Assembly (NCBI GenBank): GCA_020057115.1 | Contig: JAGVGJ010000039.1 | Location: 52,806-116,805 of the forward strand | DNA length: 64,000 nt | Direction of reading: 5' to 3' | DNA from: Candidatus Omnitrophota bacterium | Lineage (GTDB): Bacteria > Omnitrophota > Gorgyraeia > 2-01-FULL-45-10 | Notes under the pieces: generated by a model | What the model saw: the letters and a program-made list of their open reading frames with translations, nothing else | Database searches by the model: none | What the model was told of the DNA's origin: nothing | Program-made: the position numbers and the translations under genes | Shown: positions 56,108 through 64,000 of the stretch, piece by piece | Position numbering within the stretch: position 1 is the first letter of the stretch | Layout of the letters: every line of letters starts with the position of its first letter

Positions 56108-56417
56108 TAACATACAATTATTCTCGATATTCGGCATATTTATCGTGATGCTCTTCATCGCGGGCCTTTACTGCATATTGATGACGCGTAACATGATGAG
56201 GGCGCTTATAGGCCTTGAGATATTGACCAAGGCTGTCACCGTCCTTCTTATATTGGCAGGATATGTGACCGGCAACATGGCCTTCGCCCAATCGATAGTA
56301 ATAACGCTCATCATCATAGAAGTCGTGGTCATCGCCATAACGGCAGGCGTGATATTAAGCATATACAGGCATACCAATTCATTGGACAGAAGCACTATCA
56401 GGGACTTAAAAGGTTAA
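56097..56417 (+). CDS. MrpC/NuoK-like subunit
   Basis: 106 aa with three TM helices. Confidence 0.65.
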   Translation: MEANNIQLFSIFGIFIVMLFIAGLYCILMTRNMMRALIGLEILTKAVTVLLILAGYVTGNMAFAQSIVITLIIIEVVVIAITAGVILSIYRHTNSLDRSTIRDLKG

Positions 56418-56420
56418 TAT

Positions 56421-56756
56421 ATGAATAATATGCTGCTTTCACCACCTATAGCTTTTTCGATACTTCTTGTTGTCATGCTCGTGATCTCAGGGCTATTGTC
56501 AAAGCTTTCTTATAAGAGGAAGGACTCCCCGGGCGCGGTAGGGGAGTCATATGCCTGCGGCGAAGATAATTACAGCACATTCGTCCAGCCGGACTATACG
56601 CAGTTCTTCCCATTCGCATTTTTCTTTACCATACTTCACGTTGTGGCGCTTATCATAGCGACCGTGCCGAAACAGACGATCCAGGCTTTTGCCATAGCCG
56701 TGGTCTATATAATCGGCGCCGTTATAGGGTTATTTATACTTTTCAGGAAGGATTAA
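56421..56756 (+). CDS. NuoA/MbhI-like small membrane subunit
   Basis: SYACGE (NuoA/ND3 E-C-G motif) between TM helices. Confidence 0.6.
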   Translation: MNNMLLSPPIAFSILLVVMLVISGLLSKLSYKRKDSPGAVGESYACGEDNYSTFVQPDYTQFFPFAFFFTILHVVALIIATVPKQTIQAFAIAVVYIIGAVIGLFILFRKD

Positions 56757-56758
56757 AG

Positions 56759-57232
56759 ATGGGCCTGGTTCGAAAGATAGTGACATGGGCAAGGATAAAG
56801 TCGCCGTGGATCATCCACTTTAATACAGGCGCGTGCAATGCCTGCGACATAGAGATAGTTGCCGCGCTTACTCCGCGTTATGATCTGGAGAGGTTCGGCA
56901 TCCAGCTTAAAGGCACGCCACGCCACGCAGATGTGCTCGTATGCTCCGGCCCTGTCACGAAGCAGATCACGCCCAGGTTGAAACGCATATATGAGCAGAT
57001 GCCCGAGCCGAAGTTCGTAGTGGCGGTAGGCACCTGCTCCTGCTCAGGCGGAGTATTCCAGGGATGTTATAATGTCGAGTCTGGGATCGACGAGGTCCTT
57101 CCGGTATCAGCCTATATACCCGGATGCCCTGCGAGCCCGAAGGCGATAATAGACGGCGTGACGAAACTTTTAATGAGTCTCGAGGATAAAGAAGGGTCCA
57201 GGATCCAGGGTCCAGGGTCCGGAAAAAAATAG
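56759..57232 (+). CDS. Group-4 [NiFe]-hydrogenase small subunit (NuoB/MbhJ-like, complex 2)
   Basis: CNACDIE, GTPRHADV, GTCSCSGG and GCPASP motifs. The C-terminal tail KEGSRIQGPGSGKK is encoded by the G-repeat. Confidence 0.9.
   Translation: MGLVRKIVTWARIKSPWIIHFNTGACNACDIEIVAALTPRYDLERFGIQLKGTPRHADVLVCSGPVTKQITPRLKRIYEQMPEPKFVVAVGTCSCSGGVFQGCYNVESGIDEVLPVSAYIPGCPASPKAIIDGVTKLLMSLEDKEGSRIQGPGSGKK
57194..57222 (+). repeat. G-tract repeat at the small-subunit / NuoC-like junction
   Basis: Sequence gggtccaggatccagggtccagggtccgg. Confidence 0.7.
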
Positions 57233-57237
57233 ATCAA

Positions 57238-57711
57238 ATGACAAGTGAAGAGAATATACAGGAAGGGCTACTGAAGAAGTTCGCTTTCCTCGATGGCAAT
57301 ATAAAAGTCCAGAGGGCGAGGAGGATCTTCGGCATTGTCGATCACGGTAAATTTAGAGAAGTTTTCGAATCCCTCATAAAGGACTTCGGATTTACGCTTC
57401 TTTGCACGATCACCGGCTTTGACGAGGGGGAAGTGTTCAGCCTGATGTACCACATGGCGAGGCCCGACGGAATAGTCTTGAGCATAAAGACGAGCGCTCC
57501 AAAAGATAAGCCGATATTCAAGACCGTTACCGCCTATTTCCCGGATGCGGAGATATATGAAAGGGAAGTCGTGGGCCTGTTCGGGGTGACTGTCGAGGGC
57601 CTTGGGCCCGGAAACAGCTATCCGCTCCCGGATGATTGGCCGAAAGGACAATATCCATTACGCAAAGATTGGAAACCGGCACCAAAGAAGGGTGAGGTGA
57701 AAGATGCATAA
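57238..57711 (+). CDS. NuoC/MbhK-like subunit (complex 2)
   Basis: 157 aa with EREV.GLFG and PDDWPKGQYPLRKDW. Confidence 0.85.
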   Translation: MTSEENIQEGLLKKFAFLDGNIKVQRARRIFGIVDHGKFREVFESLIKDFGFTLLCTITGFDEGEVFSLMYHMARPDGIVLSIKTSAPKDKPIFKTVTAYFPDAEIYEREVVGLFGVTVEGLGPGNSYPLPDDWPKGQYPLRKDWKPAPKKGEVKDA

Positions 57712-58927
57712 AGTCATTATACCCATAGGTCCTCAACACCCGGCACTCAAAGAACCTGAGAGCTTCAGGATCCAGCTAAGCGGCGAGAGGATAACAGGTT
57801 TCAGCGTAAAGCTCGGCTATAACCATCGCGGCATAGAGAAGGCCTGCGAGGAGAGGACGTATCTGCAGGATGTTTATTTGACAGAGCGTATCTGCGGCAT
57901 CTGCTCGCATGCCCATTCGACGGCTTTTACGCAGGCGGTTGAAGAGATAGCGGCTCTGGCCGTGCCGAAAAGGGCCCTTTACATAAGGACGCTTATAGGC
58001 GAGCTTGAAAGGATACACAGCCATCTATTATGGCTCGGCGTCGCGGGGCATGAGATAGGTTTTGATACGCTCCTCATGTACACCTGGCGCGACCGCGAGG
58101 TCGTGATGGATATCCTTGCTACGACAACAGGCAACCGCGTAAATTACGGCATCAATACCATCGGCGGGGTAAGGCGCGACATCTCCCTGGCTCAGGTGAA
58201 AGATATCCTTAAGGCTGTCGATATCCTCGAGGAGAGGACCAAATACTATATAGACATCTCCACAAAAGAGACGACCATGATAAAGCGCCTTTCAGGCGTA
58301 GGCGTGCTCTCCCATAAAGATGCCGTGAGGCTGGGGGCAGTAGGCCCGACAGGCCGAGCGTCAGGCGTAGACAGGGATGTCCGGCGCGACGATCCTTACG
58401 CGGCTTACGGCGAGCTCGATTTCAATGTAATAACAGACGATCATTGCGATGTTTACGGCCGGGCTGTCGTGCGCTTAAAAGAGCTCATGGAGTCCTATAG
58501 ATTGATAAGGCAGATATTAAAGAACATGCCCGAAGGGCCTATTGCAGTAAAGGCTCCGCGCAAGATACCTGCGGGCGAGGCAGTGAGCCGTTATGAAGCC
58601 CCCAGAGGCGAAGATGTTCATTATGTGAAGTCAAACGGCACTGACAAGCCCGAGAGAGTAAAGGTAAGGGCCCCGACGTTGGCTAATGTCCAGACGGTCG
58701 CCAAGATGCTTGAGGACGGACAACTCGCGGACCTTCCGATAGTGATAGCGGCCATAGATCCCTGCTTCTCCTGCACCGACAGGCTTATATCGATAAAAGA
58801 TACGAAATCAAAGAAGACGAATATCCTCATGTGGGATGACCTGCATAGTTACAGCGTCAAGTGGTATCGCGACAAGGGGATAGATTTTACGAAGCTGAAC
58901 AGAAAACTTCAAGGAAAGATGAGCTGA
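57704..58927 (+). CDS. Group-4 [NiFe]-hydrogenase large subunit (MbhL/EchE-type, canonical)
   Basis: RICGICSHAH (L1) and DPCFSCTDR (L2), with a 46-aa C-terminal extension after the Arg. Confidence 0.9.
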   Translation: MHKVIIPIGPQHPALKEPESFRIQLSGERITGFSVKLGYNHRGIEKACEERTYLQDVYLTERICGICSHAHSTAFTQAVEEIAALAVPKRALYIRTLIGELERIHSHLLWLGVAGHEIGFDTLLMYTWRDREVVMDILATTTGNRVNYGINTIGGVRRDISLAQVKDILKAVDILEERTKYYIDISTKETTMIKRLSGVGVLSHKDAVRLGAVGPTGRASGVDRDVRRDDPYAAYGELDFNVITDDHCDVYGRAVVRLKELMESYRLIRQILKNMPEGPIAVKAPRKIPAGEAVSRYEAPRGEDVHYVKSNGTDKPERVKVRAPTLANVQTVAKMLEDGQLADLPIVIAAIDPCFSCTDRLISIKDTKSKKTNILMWDDLHSYSVKWYRDKGIDFTKLNRKLQGKMS

Positions 58928-59868
58928 TGATAGCAGCATTCTTTAATCTTTTGATATTTCCAGGGTTCCTCTTTCTGGCGATATTCGGCCTGGCGGCTGA
59001 ATATATCGATAGGATAATATACGCAAGGCTCCAGAACAGGATGGGGCCGCCATGGTTCCAGCCGCTCGCCGACCTTATAAAGCTCATCGCCAAAGAAGAC
59101 GTGATACCTTGCGAGGCAAATCCCAGGATGTTCAAGATGATGCCTATACTTGCCCTGACAGCGGCCGTTACGGCATCTTTCTATATTCCGCTATGGGGTG
59201 AAAGGGCGCTCTTCAGTTTTAATGGCGACTTGGTCGTGGTCTTATACCTCTTAACTATACCGACGCTCACGTTCTTCCTGGGGGGATGGTATTCGACATC
59301 GCTTTTTTCAAAGATCGGGGCGATGCGCGCCATCACGCAGCTATTCGCGTACGAGGTCCCGTTATTTATATGCATACTGGCCCCGGCACTCCTTGCGAAT
59401 ACATGGTCCTTGAGCGAGATGGCGGCCTTTTACGCGGCGCACCCGTTTTACTGGACATTCAATCTTATAGGCTTCGGGGTCGCTTTAATAGCCATGCTCG
59501 GAAAACTGGAGAAGGTGCCCTTTGACATACCTGAAGCCGAGACGGAGATCGTGGCCGGGACATTCACCGAATACAGCGGCAAGCTTCTCGGATTCTTCAA
59601 GCTCGCCATAGACGTAGAGGCCGTGGTAGGCGCATCGCTTTTAGCGGCGGTATTTTTACCGTTCGGCTATGGCATAGGTTCTTATTTGGGATTTGTCATA
59701 TATGTCGCGAAGGTATTATTTATAATATGCCTATTAGCGCTTTCCAGGACGATATTCGCGCGCTTGAGGATCGACCAGATGATGGAGTTCTGCTGGAAAT
59801 ACGTGGCGCCGCTCGCCTTCGTGCAGCTCGTGATAGATCTGGCGCTTAAGGGAGTTCTCATAAGATGA
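58927..59868 (+). CDS. NuoH/MbhM-like membrane subunit (complex 2)
   Basis: The likely start is MIAAFFNLLIF (the ORF is listed from 58861). Motif RLQNRMGPPW. Confidence 0.85.
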   Translation: MIAAFFNLLIFPGFLFLAIFGLAAEYIDRIIYARLQNRMGPPWFQPLADLIKLIAKEDVIPCEANPRMFKMMPILALTAAVTASFYIPLWGERALFSFNGDLVVVLYLLTIPTLTFFLGGWYSTSLFSKIGAMRAITQLFAYEVPLFICILAPALLANTWSLSEMAAFYAAHPFYWTFNLIGFGVALIAMLGKLEKVPFDIPEAETEIVAGTFTEYSGKLLGFFKLAIDVEAVVGASLLAAVFLPFGYGIGSYLGFVIYVAKVLFIICLLALSRTIFARLRIDQMMEFCWKYVAPLAFVQLVIDLALKGVLIR

Positions 59869-60266
59869 TAAGACCGGGCAAGATGCTAAAAGAGGTCCTC
59901 GAGACGATATTCAAGAAGCCGGCGACCGTCAATTATCCCCATGACAAGTCCGGCATGCCGGACCATTTCAGGGGCGCGATAAAGTTCATCCCCCAGAATT
60001 GCATCGGCTGCAAGCTCTGCGTTAAGGACTGCCCCGCAAATGCCATTACCATCAACAAGGTGGGCGATAAGCAGTTCGAGTGCATCATAGACATGGGCAA
60101 ATGCATCTACTGCGGCCAGTGCGTAGACTCCTGCATGAAGAAGGCCCTGGAGATCACAAAAGAGTTCGAGCTCGCCCAGCTCGACAGAGAGAAGCTCAAG
60201 GTGACATTCCATGCCGTCCCGGCCCCAGCAACACCCCCTAAAGACGACCTTAAGCCAAAGGCTTAA
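59865..60266 (+). CDS. NuoI/MbhN-like 2x[4Fe-4S] ferredoxin subunit
   Basis: CIGCKLCVKDCP and CIYCGQCVDSC. Confidence 0.85.
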   Translation: MIRPGKMLKEVLETIFKKPATVNYPHDKSGMPDHFRGAIKFIPQNCIGCKLCVKDCPANAITINKVGDKQFECIIDMGKCIYCGQCVDSCMKKALEITKEFELAQLDREKLKVTFHAVPAPATPPKDDLKPKA

Positions 60267-60732
60267 AGGCGCCAAGCGCATAGCGATCCTCGGAATAGGC
60301 TCTGACCTGAGACAGGATGATGTTGCAGGTATGCTCGTCGCCCAAAGCCTTGAGAAGTTCTACAGGAAAAGAAGATCCTCACCAAAACTTAAGTCATTCC
60401 TCGGGGCGACTGCTCCTGAAAACCTCACAGGCGAGATAAGGGATTTCAAACCTGACCATATTATCCTCGTTGACACCATAGATATAAAAGAAAAACCCGG
60501 AACGATACTTCTTCTCATGGCCGATGAATTGGGCGGGGGAGTGTCATTCTCGACGCACAAGCTTCCGGCGGAGGTCCTCGTAGACTATTTCGTAAAGTCG
60601 ATCGGAAGCAAAGTAATGATCATAGGTATCCAGCCCAAAAGCCTCGATTTCGGTAAATCCCCGTCAAAGGTCGTTATCAGCGCCGCAAAAGAAGTTTCCC
60701 AATCCATCAAAGACGCGTTAAGAACTATTTAA
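60211..60732 (+). CDS. hycI: Hydrogenase maturation endopeptidase (HycI family), second copy
   Basis: ILGIGSDLRQDD.AG motif. The true start is probably downstream of 60266 and is unresolved. Confidence 0.75.
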   Translation: MPSRPQQHPLKTTLSQRLKGAKRIAILGIGSDLRQDDVAGMLVAQSLEKFYRKRRSSPKLKSFLGATAPENLTGEIRDFKPDHIILVDTIDIKEKPGTILLLMADELGGGVSFSTHKLPAEVLVDYFVKSIGSKVMIIGIQPKSLDFGKSPSKVVISAAKEVSQSIKDALRTI

Positions 60733-60738
60733 TCCTTA

Positions 60739-60778
60739 CTGTCATTGCGAGGCCCGAAGGGCCGAAGCAATCTATCAA
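60739..60778 (+). repeat. Bipartite repeat copy B, downstream boundary of the hydrogenase-2 operon
   Basis: Sequence ctgtcattgcgagg cccgaagggccg gaagcaatctatcaa. Confidence 0.6.
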
Positions 60779-61014
60779 AGAGATGGCGGAAGGCCGCTCC
60801 AGACCCACCCCAGCGGGTCGCCACTCAATTTCTGCTCCACTTTTTTGCTTTTTCCAATCACGCACCAATTTTACTCAAGATAGTGAACCAGTTTCCACTC
60901 CCCATATTTTTTGGCCCACTCGAAGGGGCCCCCGAGAGGTAGAGGAGAGGAGGGACTAACAATAGGCTTGATATATTACTGCGTCGGGTATAAAATATTG
61001 AAACGAATTTCGTG

Positions 61015-61091
61015 GTGGGCGTAGTTCAGCCTGGCAGAACACTTGACTGTGGCTCAAGACGTCGCGGGTTCAAATCCCGTCGCCCACCCCA
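61015..61091 (+). tRNA. tRNA-His (anticodon GUG) with G-1
   Basis: Acceptor GTGGGCG/CGCCCAC, G at -1 opposite C73, anticodon loop cTGTGGc, T-arm GCGGGTTCAAATCCCGT, and encoded CCA. A ttgata-17-taaaat promoter lies ~20 nt upstream. Confidence 0.9.
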
Positions 61092-62654
61092 TTTTTTGTT
61101 TTGAGCATATAAAGCCTCCCAATCTGTCGTAGAATCAACGAGTTGCGCTGGTTCTAACCGGTTGTGGAGGCTTTGTACGTCCGGGGCGACCTCTTGGAAG
61201 AGGGCAAGGCTTTTGTCGACCTGAAATCGCAGTTGTTTGCCCGTCAGGACGAGGTTCGAACCTAAACACGAGAGAACATACCGCTTGTCCTCCAAAGTGC
61301 CCGTTTCGAAGCGGTTTTGAGCGGTTTGAGCGAAAGTGAAGGCTTTGTCAGCCCGTTCTAACCAAGTCTCGATCCTCGCTTGAGTATCGCCGATCAACTC
61401 CTCATATTTCTGTTTTTCCCGCAATAGATCGTCTTTTTTCTTAGCATATTCCTCTGGGCCAATCTCTTCGTTTAAACGCATATTAAAAAGCGCGTCCAAT
61501 TTCTTCGCGCAGGCATCCAGATTATGCCGATGCGCCTTCGTGATCTCATCGCGGTCGACTATTTCTTTTGATTGATCAACTTTCAGTTGTTTTATCGCCC
61601 AATCCCGGAATTGCGGCGGTATGGTTATTTTTCCTAAAATGTCACGGATCTGATTCTCGAGATCCTCTAAGCGGATAGGCGGCTCGGAGCAATCCCGCTT
61701 GATCCTTTTTGTGCAACGATAATAAGTGTGATGATTTGTGCCACCGTTCTTTAAGTGCTTAAATTTTTCCTCAGCGGTAATATAAGCCCCGCATTCTCCG
61801 CAACGCATCAGGCCGGTGAAGGCAAAAGTGTGCGTTTGCTCCCGAGGGAAACTCCGGCTATTGATAATTTTTTGTGCTAAATCAAACTCGGTCTTGGTGA
61901 TCATCGGTTCATGCTTTCCCGGATATACCTCGTCATTCCAGAGGAATGAGCCGTAATAGAAGGGATTGCGGAAGAGCAGGTAGAAGTTGTGGCTCGACAT
62001 TTTAGTGCCCTTAGCCATTTTTAGGCCCATCCCGTGAGCGATATCAAAAAGTTTGTCAATGGAACAGCGTTTCTCCAAAAGAATCGCCCAAAGTTTCTTC
62101 ATGATCGGGAAAGAAACAGTGTCTGGGTATATCGGCGGTTTATCCGGCTGATTGTAAAGATTATTGAGATACCCAACCGGCGGCTTATGCGGAAGCCAGC
62201 CCTGCTGAATTTTATTCCGCTGGCCGCGCTTGGTATTGACGCTTAAATCGAGAATGAATTGATTGGCCATCCCGAACTCAAGATTCATCATCAGGACGTT
62301 GTCTGTCGGGTGATAGGCGCGCTGGAATGTCTGAATATGCCGGATAATCGACTGCTGAAGCATCCAGCTAATCGTGCCGCCGTCTATTGGGTTGCGCGCC
62401 AGACGGTCTAATTTCCAGCAGAGAATACCCTCGGCGCGGCCTTTGTGAATGTCCGCGATCATCTGACTAAAGACCGGCCGTCCCGGGGCCTTGGCAGATT
62501 TCTCCTCGGTAAAGATTTCAACGATGTTTAGATTCATCTCTTGGGAAAGCTTCTTGAGCTCTTCGATCTGCGAGGGGACGGAAGCGACTTGCTTGTCTTC
62601 GTTCTCCGATGACTTGCGGGCGTAAAGAAAATATCTGACGGGCTTGGTGATCAT
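61026..62654 (-). CDS. Large serine recombinase (resolvase/invertase N-terminal catalytic domain, recombinase domain, Zn ribbon, C-terminal coiled coil)
   Basis: YARKSSE...QVASVPSQ catalytic-Ser region, and the recombinase domain with a CGECGA...C zinc ribbon. The last ~22 codons are the antisense of the tRNA-His 3' half, so the true stop is uncertain. Confidence 0.85.
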   Translation of the reverse strand: MITKPVRYFLYARKSSENEDKQVASVPSQIEELKKLSQEMNLNIVEIFTEEKSAKAPGRPVFSQMIADIHKGRAEGILCWKLDRLARNPIDGGTISWMLQQSIIRHIQTFQRAYHPTDNVLMMNLEFGMANQFILDLSVNTKRGQRNKIQQGWLPHKPPVGYLNNLYNQPDKPPIYPDTVSFPIMKKLWAILLEKRCSIDKLFDIAHGMGLKMAKGTKMSSHNFYLLFRNPFYYGSFLWNDEVYPGKHEPMITKTEFDLAQKIINSRSFPREQTHTFAFTGLMRCGECGAYITAEEKFKHLKNGGTNHHTYYRCTKRIKRDCSEPPIRLEDLENQIRDILGKITIPPQFRDWAIKQLKVDQSKEIVDRDEITKAHRHNLDACAKKLDALFNMRLNEEIGPEEYAKKKDDLLREKQKYEELIGDTQARIETWLERADKAFTFAQTAQNRFETGTLEDKRYVLSCLGSNLVLTGKQLRFQVDKSLALFQEVAPDVQSLHNRLEPAQLVDSTTDWEALYAQNKKWGGRRDLNPRRLEPQSSVLPG

Positions 62655-62830
62655 TTCTTCTCGATTTTGTTTAAAAGCTTAATCAAATCAGACTTCTTAT
62701 ACAGACGGTAATTGTTGAGCGGATGGCGATGAGGCGTTAGTTTTCCCTGCTTATCCCAATTGCGCAATGTTTGCTTGGTGATTTTAAGCAGGTCCGCCGC
62801 TTCATGGATTTTTAAATATTCAGGCATAGG
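62651..62830 (-). CDS. MerR/excisionase-family HTH DNA-binding protein
   Basis: MPEYLKIHEAADLLKITKQTLRNWDKQGKL, an HTH_17-like motif, translationally coupled to the recombinase. Confidence 0.7.
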   Translation of the reverse strand, partial: PMPEYLKIHEAADLLKITKQTLRNWDKQGKLTPHRHPLNNYRLYKKSDLIKLLNKIEKK

Positions 62831-63072
62831 TTTCTCTCCTTTAAGGTTATAAAGCATTATAACTTGTGTTTTCGATTGGTTCAAGTAGTTTGTCGCCTAT
62901 ATCAGGCGCCGAGCGTTTCATAAAAAAGAATTCTTTTTTGTTGAATTGACCATGACATGACATTTTAAAATTTTAAATCACTGACAGACCGCGCCTCGCC
63001 TGACCCGCACCCGACACCCCCTTCCAAGGACCCGTAAACTTACACAAGCATTTGTGCCAAAACAAAGCCATT

Positions 63073-63708
63073 CTACCGCATAGATTGAAGCCGTTTTAAG
63101 AGGGCAAGGTTCTGCAATATAGACCGCTGAACGGCCTTCTCATACTTAATGACCTTATCCCAATCATCCCCGGCAGGCAGACTGCCTATCCTGACAACTA
63201 CCTCTTCGGCGAGCTTATTCTTAAGCTTCTGCCGGGTAAGATCAGCGACCTGCTTCTGCGAGCTTGCGTCTTGCTTGTCTTCATATCCTGCGATCTCCTT
63301 ATCTAATTGCTCATTGTCCTTATGTTCCTTGTTGCCGAAGTAATCCGTCTTCTCGTAATAATCGCTGATTGCCATATCGAGGATTTTGCGGATACTGCCG
63401 GACTCGAAGCGCAATACTCGCCGTAATCGCCAGTAATCAGCGGCAATTTTCTCAACCAATAGGCACTCCATTTGTCCGGAAGGGTTAAGGCTTACGATAA
63501 GGCCGTCTAAAAGCTCGTTATACTCCTGTTCGTCTTCCTTGCCGTCGCCTGACATGATGATTAAATCCCGAGCAAAGATGCCATGCTTGACGGCGTTCTG
63601 CGAAACAAGGGCTTTACCTTCCGGGCTTACCGGCCCGGTTGAAACAAGTGCGTTCTGTTTGTTTGTCTCGATCTGTTTCTTCGTGGTCATGAACAAATCT
63701 CCTTTCAA
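63073..63708 (-). CDS. Hypothetical protein (element cargo)
   Basis: 211-aa ORF, charged and coiled-coil-rich, with no recognisable motif. Confidence 0.4.
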   Translation of the reverse strand: MKGDLFMTTKKQIETNKQNALVSTGPVSPEGKALVSQNAVKHGIFARDLIIMSGDGKEDEQEYNELLDGLIVSLNPSGQMECLLVEKIAADYWRLRRVLRFESGSIRKILDMAISDYYEKTDYFGNKEHKDNEQLDKEIAGYEDKQDASSQKQVADLTRQKLKNKLAEEVVVRIGSLPAGDDWDKVIKYEKAVQRSILQNLALLKRLQSMR

Positions 63709-63944
63709 AATGGTCTTGGCCCAAGCTCGTCTAAGTAGTCTGCTTCAGTCTCTGGGACGCTTGGGACACTATCTGTCGGTTCTTCTTGCGCTTTATACTC
63801 CTTTTTATTTAGATGACTTTCAAAACTCTTTCGGGCGTGAGTTGATGGAATGCGTCCCAAATGTCCCAGAATATCCTTTTGAATGACCGAAGCACCTGCT
63901 GGAGTAGAGAGGGGCTTTCTGACTTCAAAGCTTTTACTCGGCAT
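63705..63944 (-). CDS. Hypothetical protein (element cargo)
   Basis: 79-aa ORF translationally coupled to the upstream gene. Could be longer if the start lies beyond 63944. Confidence 0.3.
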   Translation of the reverse strand: MPSKSFEVRKPLSTPAGASVIQKDILGHLGRIPSTHARKSFESHLNKKEYKAQEEPTDSVPSVPETEADYLDELGPRPF

Positions 63945-64000
63945 TTCCTTGACTCCTGCCAGCTCAAATATGCGCTGGCGGTGCTGTTGGCCACTTTGCC

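Larger units (their letters stand above)
61092..64000. mobile_element. Partial integrated element (prophage or integrative element) abutting the tRNA-His 3' end and extending beyond the window
   Basis: A serine recombinase gene overlaps the tRNA 3' half, and an excisionase-like HTH gene and two hypothetical genes share its orientation. Confidence 0.6.

Noticed and set aside
61026-61091. Treating the recombinase C-terminus (…GGRRDLNPRRLEPQSSVLPG) as a genuine conserved domain
   Set aside because: These residues are simply the antisense translation of tRNA-His. The functional stop is uncertain, but the overlap is a by-product of integration at the tRNA.

Overview
This 64 kb window is chromosomal DNA from an anaerobic bacterium, about 50% GC, with no rRNA and no CRISPR array; genes are listed here in window order. 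A partial inverted-repeat element near the window start is followed by the [NiFe]-hydrogenase maturation genes hypF (Kae1-like C-terminal domain only), hypC, hypD and hypE. Next comes a pair of sulfur-incorporation-type genes: a UPF0280/COG2122 protein and a NIL-domain ferredoxin. Hydrogenase complex 1 follows, a group-4 membrane-bound hydrogenase-like complex (7465-18563). Its input module is an AsrA/AsrB (sulfhydrogenase beta/gamma)-like pair plus a HycB-like Fe-S protein. It also has a NuoH/B/C/D-like catalytic module, an Mrp-antiporter module with two MrpD paralogues, and its own HycI-like protease. Housekeeping genes come next: pabB, a class-IV aminotransferase, GT39 and GT2 glycosyltransferases, YdjC, ssrA (tmRNA) and smpB on the minus strand, a fused membrane/spermidine-synthase-like/TPR protein, an AmiC-like amidase, murI, queDCEF, class-I fumarase alpha and beta, rph, rdgB, tRNA-Pro and tRNA-Arg. 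After these is a cluster of secreted LPP20-domain lipoproteins around a CsgG-like channel. A 2197-aa multidomain protein follows (mannitol-1-P dehydrogenase-like, HAD, a possible left-handed beta-helix (LbH) region, and a P-loop kinase). An H+/Na+-pyrophosphatase sits immediately upstream of hydrogenase complex 2, a second Mrp-linked group-4 hydrogenase (50917-60732). The window ends with tRNA-His and an integrated element carrying a large serine recombinase. Several recurring sequence features are reported as findings: a G-quadruplex-type (GGGNCCA)n repeat at six cistron junctions, an antisense mrpD gene fragment inside the giant gene, a structured 460-nt hypC-hypD spacer with 18-bp terminal inverted repeats, a promoter followed by two terminator hairpins upstream of hppA, and a bipartite repeat that brackets the second hydrogenase operon.
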